The position numbers and the translations under genes were made by a program. A DNA stretch of 64,000 bases from NCBI GenBank assembly GCA_963676615.1, contig OY781092.1, positions 1,120,001 through 1,184,000 of the forward strand, written 5' to 3'. Numbering within the stretch: the first letter of the stretch is position 1; the number at the start of each line of letters is the position of its first letter. This document shows positions 56,955 to 64,000 of the stretch, in pieces. A model generated the notes under the pieces. That model had not been told where the DNA came from and made no database searches. It worked only from the letters and a program-made list of their open reading frames with translations. This stretch comes from Candidatus Cloacimonadota bacterium. Its GTDB lineage: Bacteria > Cloacimonadota > Cloacimonadia > G963667145.

Positions 56955-58199
56955 TTAGCCTTTGAACTTCTTGAAAATCATCACGCCGTTGTGTCCGCCG
57001 AAGCCCAAAGAGTTGCTCAAAGCCACCTGAATATCCAAATCTTCCGCGCCGCCGCTGACATAATCCAAATCGCAATCTGGGTCTGGAGTGCTGATGTTGA
57101 TTGTCGGGTGCACTTTTGCAGTTTGGATAGATTTGCAGCAAACAATCGCCTCGATCGCCGCTGCTCCACCCAAAGTGTGAGCAATCATCGACTTGGTTGA
57201 GTTGATTTTCAGCTTTTTCGCATAATCGCCGAAAACGGTCTTAATCGATTGCGTCTCGAACCTGTCGTTGTAAGGAGTGGAAGTCCCGTGAGCGCTGATG
57301 TATTGCACCTCTGCTGGCGAAACTCCTGCGTCTGCCAAAGCCGCCTGCATCGCTCTTGCGCCACCTTCGCCACCTTCTGCAGGTGCAGTGATGTGATGCG
57401 CGTCGCAACTTGCCCCATATCCCACTACTTCGGCGTAAATCTTTGCGCCTCTTGCTTTTGCGTGCTCCAGCTCTTCAAAAACCAAAACTCCAGCGCCTTC
57501 TCCCATCACAAATCCGTCACGCCCAGTATCAAATGGACGACAAGCCGTTTTCACATCGTCGTTGCGGGTGGACAGAGCTTTCATCGAGCAAAATCCAGCC
57601 AAAGACAAAGGTGTGATAGCAGCCTCTGATCCGCCAGTTACCACGATGTCCGCATCGCCGTATTGCACAGTTCGCAAAGCAGTGCCAAGGGCGTGATTTG
57701 CCGAAGCGCAAGCCGATGAGCAGGTGAAGTTAGGACCTTTGAGATTGTATTTAATCGCAACTCCAGCAGCTGCGGCGTTGATAATCATTTTGGGAATAAA
57801 TTGCGGCGAGACCCTTCTTGGACCTTTGTCTTTCAGGACTCCAGCTTCGTTCTCGAATGTTTCCATTCCCCCAATTCCGCAGCCCATAATGCATCCAGCT
57901 CGGAATGGATCAAAATTCCCCTCTTGGCTCAAACCTGCGTCAGCCATCGCTTCTTCGGCAGCCACGAGCATAAAAATAGAATAAGAGTCCAACTTTTTTG
58001 CAGCGCGCTTATCCAATTTTTCTTTCGGATCAAAATTTTTCAACTCGCCTGCCATATGCGAGGCAAACTCTTCCACATCAAATTTACTTATCTTGTCGAT
58101 TCCGTTTTTGCCTTCCAGCATCGCACTCCAGCTCTCTTCCACACTGTGCCCGAGGGAATTCAGCGTCCCAAGACCAGTAACAACAACTCTTTTTTTCAT
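56955..58199 (-). CDS. fabF: 3-oxoacyl-ACP synthase II
   Basis: RVVVTGLG, SACAS, HGTST, KSMIAH, NSLGFGGHN. Confidence 0.97.
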   Translation of the reverse strand: MKKRVVVTGLGTLNSLGHSVEESWSAMLEGKNGIDKISKFDVEEFASHMAGELKNFDPKEKLDKRAAKKLDSYSIFMLVAAEEAMADAGLSQEGNFDPFRAGCIMGCGIGGMETFENEAGVLKDKGPRRVSPQFIPKMIINAAAAGVAIKYNLKGPNFTCSSACASANHALGTALRTVQYGDADIVVTGGSEAAITPLSLAGFCSMKALSTRNDDVKTACRPFDTGRDGFVMGEGAGVLVFEELEHAKARGAKIYAEVVGYGASCDAHHITAPAEGGEGGARAMQAALADAGVSPAEVQYISAHGTSTPYNDRFETQSIKTVFGDYAKKLKINSTKSMIAHTLGGAAAIEAIVCCKSIQTAKVHPTINISTPDPDCDLDYVSGGAEDLDIQVALSNSLGFGGHNGVMIFKKFKG

Positions 58200-58228
58200 A
58201 CTAAATTAACTCTCCAAATAAAAACAAA

Positions 58229-58285
58229 AGCTACTCTTTTCCTCAAAAAAGATTTTCACCTTATCCGAGCGGCAAAAGAGTAGCT
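58229..58285 (-). terminator. Long hairpin between acpP and fabF (terminator or processing site)
   Basis: Perfect 12-bp IR AGCTACTCTTTT/AAAAGAGTAGCT with a 33-nt interior, followed by a T-rich tract on the minus strand. Confidence 0.6.
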
Positions 58286-58296
58286 ACTTTGATTTC

Positions 58297-58530
58297 CTAA
58301 CCTAACTTACCTTTGAGATATTCGATAGACTCGCCCACTGTTTTAAGCTTGCCTGCGTCTTCGTCTGGGATTTCGATGTCGAACTCCTCTTCGAATTTCA
58401 TAATAAGCTCAACTGTGTCCAAAGAGTCTGCGCCCAAATCGTCGATATAGCTGGCAGAAGGAACAACCTCAGCAGCGTCAACATCCAACTCTTCTACGAT
58501 AATATCTCTTACTTTAGCTTCAATATCCAT
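58297..58530 (-). CDS. acpP: Acyl carrier protein
   Basis: [27 protein letters not shown]. Confidence 0.98.
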   Translation of the reverse strand: MDIEAKVRDIIVEELDVDAAEVVPSASYIDDLGADSLDTVELIMKFEEEFDIEIPDEDAGKLKTVGESIEYLKGKLG

Positions 58531-58568
58531 TTTTAGTCCTCCTAAATGGTTCTAACTTTCTTCTATTT

Positions 58569-59306
58569 TTATTGCATCACCAAGCCGCCATCGACATTGA
58601 TGGTCTGCCCTGTGATATATTTTGCTCGATCGCTTGCCAAAAACAAGCACAGCTGTGCAACATCTTCGACACTGCCTAGCTCGCCCAGCGGTATCGCCTT
58701 TTTGTAACTATCCACGACATCCTCGGGCAACACATCGGTCATCTGCGTCTGGATAAATCCCGGAGCGATAGCGTTGCAGCGAACTCCACGCGCACCAAAC
58801 TCCTTGGCAACCGACTTGCTAAAGGCGATTACACCACCTTTGCTAGCGGCATAGTTCGCCTGACCGGCGTTTCCCATAAGTCCGATAACCGACGCCATAT
58901 TCAAAATCACGCCCGCTTTTTGCTTCATCATAATCTTGCTCGCCTTTTGCGTACACACAAAAACGCCCTTCAAATTCACATCCATCACCGCTTGCCAATC
59001 CGCCTCTTTCATCCGCATCAGCAGTCCGTCCCTAGTGATTCCAGCGTTGTTCACCAAAATATCCAGCGAACCTTCCGTTTTTTTCAGCCCCACAAAAAGC
59101 TCTTGCATACTTTCCGAATCGGTCACATCGCAGGCAAAACCTCGCACATCTCCAAACGCCTGCAGAGCCTCTACAGCTTTGTCCACCGCCTCTTTCTGCA
59201 AATCCACAATCGTAACTTTCGCCCCGCTCTGCGCAAAAAGTTTCGCCACAGCGTAGCCAATTCCACCAGCGGCGCCAGTCACGACAGCTATCTTATTTTT
59301 CAACAT
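58569..59306 (-). CDS. fabG: 3-oxoacyl-ACP reductase
   Basis: VNNAGITRDGLLMRM, GNAGQANYAASK, IAPGFI. Confidence 0.97.
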   Translation of the reverse strand: MLKNKIAVVTGAAGGIGYAVAKLFAQSGAKVTIVDLQKEAVDKAVEALQAFGDVRGFACDVTDSESMQELFVGLKKTEGSLDILVNNAGITRDGLLMRMKEADWQAVMDVNLKGVFVCTQKASKIMMKQKAGVILNMASVIGLMGNAGQANYAASKGGVIAFSKSVAKEFGARGVRCNAIAPGFIQTQMTDVLPEDVVDSYKKAIPLGELGSVEDVAQLCLFLASDRAKYITGQTINVDGGLVMQ

Positions 59307-59312
59307 CGCTTC

Positions 59313-60266
59313 TTACGCCTCTTGCAGCTCAGCGACGACCTTCGCCACATCTTCCAACTTATCGATGTTCACAATTTTGGCTTTGCGGAAAATCTTCTTG
59401 ATCATTCCGCTGACAACTTTGCCAGGACCGAACTCCACAAAAATCTCCACGCCGTCGGCAACCATCTTCTCGACAGAAGCGATCCATTGCACCGAACCGC
59501 TAACTTGCTCAATCAAATTTTGCTTAATCTCGTCGATATTTGTATGAGGCGTAGCGTCAACATTGCTCACCAGCGGACAGCTCCCAGCGCTAAAATCGAC
59601 CTTCGCCATCTCCCCAGCCAAACCTTCAGCCGCTGGCTGCATCAAAGGACTGTGAAAAGCACAGCTCACCGCCAAAGGCACCACTCGTTTAGCGCCCGCC
59701 TCTTCCGCCAGCTTCGCCGCTCTTTGCACAGCCTCACCGTTACCAGAAATCACAACCTGCACCGGCGTGTTATAGTTAGCGATAATCACCTTGCCCTGCG
59801 CATCGCTGGCTTTGGCGCAAATCGCCTCGACATCCTCGAGCTTCATTCCAATAATCGCGCACATTCCACCGCCGCTACCTTCGCCCGCTTCTTTCATATA
59901 CAAGCCACGCTTGTGCACCAAATACAACGCATCCTCAACACTGAGCACGCCCGCAGCCACCAAAGCCGAGAACTCGCCCAAAGAGTGACCAGCCACCAAA
60001 TCTGGCTGCAAATCTAGCTCCTTTTGCAAAGCTCGCACCGCCGCACACGAATGCAACAAAATCGACGGTTGAGTAAACTCGGTTTGCGCCAACTTTTCTT
60101 GCGGACCATCGCTCATCAGATCCAGCAAATCAAAGCCCGCTCTTTGCGAAAAATCTTCAGCACTTTTCTTCAAATCCGCATCGGCAGCCAAAAAATCTTG
60201 AGCCATTCCGACATATTGCGCTCCCTGACCGGGAAAAACAAAAGCTACTTTTTTGCCATTAAACAT
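59313..60266 (-). CDS. fabD: Malonyl-CoA-ACP transacylase
   Basis: FPGQGAQ, GHSLGE, QVVISG, AFHSPLM, EFGPG. Confidence 0.97.
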   Translation of the reverse strand: MFNGKKVAFVFPGQGAQYVGMAQDFLAADADLKKSAEDFSQRAGFDLLDLMSDGPQEKLAQTEFTQPSILLHSCAAVRALQKELDLQPDLVAGHSLGEFSALVAAGVLSVEDALYLVHKRGLYMKEAGEGSGGGMCAIIGMKLEDVEAICAKASDAQGKVIIANYNTPVQVVISGNGEAVQRAAKLAEEAGAKRVVPLAVSCAFHSPLMQPAAEGLAGEMAKVDFSAGSCPLVSNVDATPHTNIDEIKQNLIEQVSGSVQWIASVEKMVADGVEIFVEFGPGKVVSGMIKKIFRKAKIVNIDKLEDVAKVVAELQEA

Positions 60267-60275
60267 CTTATCTCC

Positions 60276-61268
60276 TTAAACTCGCAAAAGCATCGCTCCG
60301 GCGGTGAGTCCCGCGCCAAAAGCGGTCATCATCACCAAATCGCCCTTTTTGATTTTGCCCTGTTTCAAAGCATCATCAAAAGCCATCGGCACCGAAGCGG
60401 CAGAAGTGTTGCCGTATTTGTTAACCGTCACCACAACTTTTTGCGAATCGATTTTCATTTTTTTACCCAAACCGTCGATAATCCGCTGATTTGCTTGATG
60501 CGGAACCAAAAAATCCAAATCGTCAAAAGTGATGCCATTTCGGTCGGCAAGCTCCTTGCAAACGCCATACATACTTTTGATTGCCAGTTTGAAAATTTTG
60601 TTTCCTTCCATCTGAATTGTGTGTAAATTTTTATCAATCGTCTCTTGGCAGGCAGGCATCCGAGAGCCTCCAGCTTGCTCAAAAAGGAGCTCCTCCTCTT
60701 TTCCGCTAGCCTCTAGATACGAGCCGATAAAGCGAGAAGTGTCGTCCAAATCCGCTCTGGAATAAATGCTCGCTCCAGCTCCATCACCAAAAAGAATGCA
60801 GGTGTTACGATCTTGATAATTGACAATTCTGGTCAGCGTCTCCGCGCCGATAACCAGCACTCTCTTGTGAAATCCAGCCTCGATATACGCCCGCGCCATA
60901 TCGCTTCCGTAGATAAACCCCGTGCATCCAGCGGAAATATCCATCGCCGCAACTTTATCAATCCCGAGCTTTTTTTGCACCAAACAAGCCGTGGCAGGAA
61001 AAGGATAGTCGGGGCTAACAGTCGCCAACAAAATCAAATCGATATCTTCGGCAGAAACGCCAGCGTCCTCGATGGCTCTCTTCGCCGCCATATACGCAAT
61101 GTCGCTCGTGGCTTGATCTTTGGCAGCTTTTCGCCTCTCTTTCATTCCCGTCATCGAGGAAATCCACTCATCAGAAGTGTCCAGATACTCCTCGAAAAAG
61201 GCGTTAGTTATGACCTCATCCGGTACATAATGCCCAGTACCTTCTAATTTTGCTTGAAATTTTGCCAT
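60276..61268 (-). CDS. fabH: 3-oxoacyl-ACP synthase III
   Basis: AGCTGF, FGDGAGA, PHQAN, GNTSAAS, FGAGLT. Probable ATG 61268. Confidence 0.97.
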   Translation of the reverse strand: MAKFQAKLEGTGHYVPDEVITNAFFEEYLDTSDEWISSMTGMKERRKAAKDQATSDIAYMAAKRAIEDAGVSAEDIDLILLATVSPDYPFPATACLVQKKLGIDKVAAMDISAGCTGFIYGSDMARAYIEAGFHKRVLVIGAETLTRIVNYQDRNTCILFGDGAGASIYSRADLDDTSRFIGSYLEASGKEEELLFEQAGGSRMPACQETIDKNLHTIQMEGNKIFKLAIKSMYGVCKELADRNGITFDDLDFLVPHQANQRIIDGLGKKMKIDSQKVVVTVNKYGNTSAASVPMAFDDALKQGKIKKGDLVMMTAFGAGLTAGAMLLRV

Positions 61269-62268
61269 TATCTTTTCCTTTATATTCAAAAAAATCTCTA
61301 CTATACTTCACAATTCCAGACTGCGCACTTTTTGCGGCAAACTCAATGCCTTTGGCGATAGCCTCCTGACTGCTAGAGCCGTGCCCAATCACCGTAAGCC
61401 CTTGCAGCCCCATAAGTAGCGCTCCGCCATACACATCTGGACTCATCTTCCGCTTCAGCAAAGCAAAAACCGACTTCATCAGCACAGCCCCCACTTTGGA
61501 TAGCAAACTTTCCTTCACGCCTTTTTTCAGCAAACTAACGACAAACTTTGCCGTTCCTTCGGCTGTCTTCAAAAAGATATTCCCCGTAAAACCGTCACAA
61601 ACAACCACATCCACATCGCCATAAACCCTAGCAGGCTCTACATTTCCCACAAAATTAACCGACTTCTCTTTTTGCAGACTCTCGTGAACTTTGGTGTAAA
61701 GCTGCGAGCCTTTGCTGCTCTCTTCGCCGATATTCAGCAGCCCAACTCTGGGGCGATCAATATCAAAGCAAAAATGCGAATAAAGACTGCCCATCTGCGC
61801 AAACTGCACCAAAATCTCGGGCTTGCAATCTGCGTTCGCTCCCACATCCAGCACAATCTTGTCGGTCTTATTGCCGGGAAACAAAGTCGCAATCGCAGGC
61901 CGCAAAATCCCCTTGATTCTGCCATACACCAAAAGCGAAGCCGCCATCACCGCGCCAGTATTCCCCGCCGAAAAAACGGCGTCAACCTTGCGATGCTTAT
62001 ACAGCTCTAGCGCTCGCACCAGCGACGAATCTTTCTTTTTGCGAACGACCCGTGCGCCCTTGTCTTCCATCGTGATCACCTCTCGGGCGTCAACCACTTC
62101 GACCTTCGTTTCGTCGTAGTCGTATTTACGCAACTCTTTGGCAATCTCCTCCTGCCTACCCACTAGCACGATTTTGCCACAATAGCCTCTTTTCAGGGCT
62201 GTTATGCTACCGGCCACCTCGCAAACAGGAGCGAAATCTCCACCAAAAGCGTCTACAGCTACAATCAT
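61216..62268 (-). CDS. plsX: Phosphate acyltransferase PlsX
   Basis: AVDAFGGD, SAGNTGA, LDVGANAD, LLNIGEE, DGFTGNI.LK, HGSS. Confidence 0.96.
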   Translation of the reverse strand: MIVAVDAFGGDFAPVCEVAGSITALKRGYCGKIVLVGRQEEIAKELRKYDYDETKVEVVDAREVITMEDKGARVVRKKKDSSLVRALELYKHRKVDAVFSAGNTGAVMAASLLVYGRIKGILRPAIATLFPGNKTDKIVLDVGANADCKPEILVQFAQMGSLYSHFCFDIDRPRVGLLNIGEESSKGSQLYTKVHESLQKEKSVNFVGNVEPARVYGDVDVVVCDGFTGNIFLKTAEGTAKFVVSLLKKGVKESLLSKVGAVLMKSVFALLKRKMSPDVYGGALLMGLQGLTVIGHGSSSQEAIAKGIEFAAKSAQSGIVKYSRDFFEYKGKDNGKISSKIRRYWALCTG

Positions 62269-62291
62269 CTAACTACTTGAATTGTCGCCTT

Positions 62292-62474
62292 CTAAGCTTC
62301 CTTCACTTGCACAACTTCTTTACCGCCATAATAGCCACAGCTCGTGCAAATGTGATGCGGTCTCACTGTTGCCCCGCAATTCGAGCACTCCGAAATGCCC
62401 GGCAAAACAGCTTTATAATGAGTTCTTCTTTTTCTTTTTCTTTGCTTTGATGTTTTTCTCTTAGGTACAGCCAT
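62292..62474 (-). CDS. rpmF: 50S ribosomal protein L32 (Zn-binding type)
   Basis: MAVPKRKTS and two CxxC motifs. Confidence 0.97.
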   Translation of the reverse strand: MAVPKRKTSKQRKRKRRTHYKAVLPGISECSNCGATVRPHHICTSCGYYGGKEVVQVKEA

Positions 62475-62590
62475 CGTTAAATCTCCTATCTAAAATTTTT
62501 TCTTAAAGAATACAAAAATCCGCTCGCCGAGTATGTGTCAAGTTAAATCAATTGTAATAAGCGTCTTATATCCTTCGCCAAAATTTCAAA

Positions 62591-63901
62591 TTACATACTA
62601 TACTCAAAGCCAAAAGCCAGAATATCGTTCCTCTTGCCGTAAGTAACCTTGGAAGCGCCTTCGCCAGCAGAATCGTCCTCGTAAATACAAGACATAAACG
62701 ACAAATTCACGCTCATATTTTTGTTAATCAGGTAGCCAGCGCCGACAGTGTATGTGTTACAATCAAGCGGCGGGCTCATTTGCTCTGCCAAAGTGAAGTC
62801 CGAAGCTGGCAAATAGTTTTCTGTGCGCAAATAGCCCAAAGTTCCCCAAATTTTTTCGGTAAAGTTATATCTTGTCGAAAAAGCCAAATCGTGCGAGTTG
62901 CTAGAAACTTTTTGTTCGACACCTTCCCAGTTAGCATCTTTTTCGAAATAGTAGGTGAAAGCTGTGGCAAAGCTCCACTTGTCGTCCAGCTTGTAATTCG
63001 CTCCAAATCCCAAAAGAGCAGGCAAATCACGGCGATATTTTCCGTCGTCCTCTTTTCCGCTAGAAGCCAAAACTTGCTTTCCAAGCTCGTTAGACTTATC
63101 TTTCAGCTTGAACTTCAAATCCACTTTGCTCTCGTAACGAAGCGCCAAGCGCAAAGGCTTAATCGGCACATAATTCACGCTGGCAACACCGCCAACACCT
63201 TGGGCTGTCTCGTCATATTTCAAAGACATATGCTGAACATCTTGCTTATTTCCTGCAACATCTGGAGTAAAATCGCAGCTTGCATCGATACTTTTATCCG
63301 CATAAATATAGCGAGCTCCCGCAGCTACCGAAACTTGCTCGTTCACCTGATAAGAGCCACCAGCAGCAAAAGTATAGTAAACGCTCACAGCTTGGGCATT
63401 ATCGTCTTCAAAAGCCACAGTCACCGCACTCTCAGGGGCACCAGCCTTTGCAGCCACCGCAGCTTTCAGCTTAGAAGCAAAATTAGCACCCAGACCATAA
63501 GTTGTTGCGTTTCCGTCTTTATAATCGACAGTTCCACCACCGCCACTGACCGTAAAGCAGCCAAAAGCGCCCCAGTTATCTTTTTTGTAAGTCGCAAAAA
63601 TATTCGGAATCGGTGACGGCGCATTTTGGTCTTTGGTCACCTCTTTGCCCTCGCGCGTGTCGTAATAGGTGTGTTCATATTTCTTGAAAATATATTGCAA
63701 ATCGAAACTCCCGCTAAAGCCCTCATCGCCAAACATAATCCCCGCAGGATTAAAAGCTGCCATATCCGCTCCGTCCACAGCGCCGTTCCTCGTCGGCTCA
63801 CCAATATAGCGAGAACCCCAGTTCTGTTTGTTGTCGATACCGCCCGCCAAAAGCTGCCCAGCGACCATCACCGACAAAACGATTCCTAAAATCTTTTTCA
63901 T
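62591..63901 (-). CDS. OmpP1/FadL-family outer membrane transporter
   Basis: Signal peptide, hatch motif AAFNPAG, GGGTVDY, beta-strand pattern ending FGFEYSM. Confidence 0.75.
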   Translation of the reverse strand: MKKILGIVLSVMVAGQLLAGGIDNKQNWGSRYIGEPTRNGAVDGADMAAFNPAGIMFGDEGFSGSFDLQYIFKKYEHTYYDTREGKEVTKDQNAPSPIPNIFATYKKDNWGAFGCFTVSGGGGTVDYKDGNATTYGLGANFASKLKAAVAAKAGAPESAVTVAFEDDNAQAVSVYYTFAAGGSYQVNEQVSVAAGARYIYADKSIDASCDFTPDVAGNKQDVQHMSLKYDETAQGVGGVASVNYVPIKPLRLALRYESKVDLKFKLKDKSNELGKQVLASSGKEDDGKYRRDLPALLGFGANYKLDDKWSFATAFTYYFEKDANWEGVEQKVSSNSHDLAFSTRYNFTEKIWGTLGYLRTENYLPASDFTLAEQMSPPLDCNTYTVGAGYLINKNMSVNLSFMSCIYEDDSAGEGASKVTYGKRNDILAFGFEYSM

Positions 63902-64000
63902 TATTTTCTCCTAAATTTCGTTTTCACTTTTTTTTACCACTTTGATTGTTGACCCACACTTTTTTTTCAGAAATTTATGTCAAAACCAATTACAACTAAA

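Overview
A gene-dense, mostly housekeeping segment of a bacterial chromosome, mostly on the minus strand, using the standard genetic code. It comes from a diderm and probably anaerobic organism. Gene content is loosely reminiscent of Cloacimonadota or FCB-related lineages, which is an unverified inference. Core blocks are rho, serC, tRNA-His, tsaD, ferredoxin, xerC-mutL-miaA, tRNA-Pro, UDP-sugar dehydrogenase/epimerase, carbamate kinase, rplM-rpsI-rpsB-tsf-pyrH-frr-tmk-ctpA-rnhC, nnr-(serA-like)-two MltD-like genes-murJ-uvrC, upp, and fadL-like / rpmF-plsX-fabH-fabD-fabG-acpP-fabF-rnc-radical SAM. The most notable items are five. (1) A ~3.9 kb amino-acid decarboxylase/antiporter islet bracketed by a 68-bp duplication of the rho 3' end, with no integrase inside. 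(2) A ~1760-aa kinase-fold / P-loop NTPase / TPR / GAF-like / HATPase protein whose kinase and His-kinase catalytic motifs both look degenerate, in an apparent operon with tsaD. (3) Twelve perfect, correctly oriented TTGACA boxes with no TATAAT at normal spacing. (4) A modular REP/MITE-like repeat family shared by two intergenic regions. (5) Three small or partial genes missed by the ORF track. No CRISPR array, rRNA, transposase or phage genes were seen.
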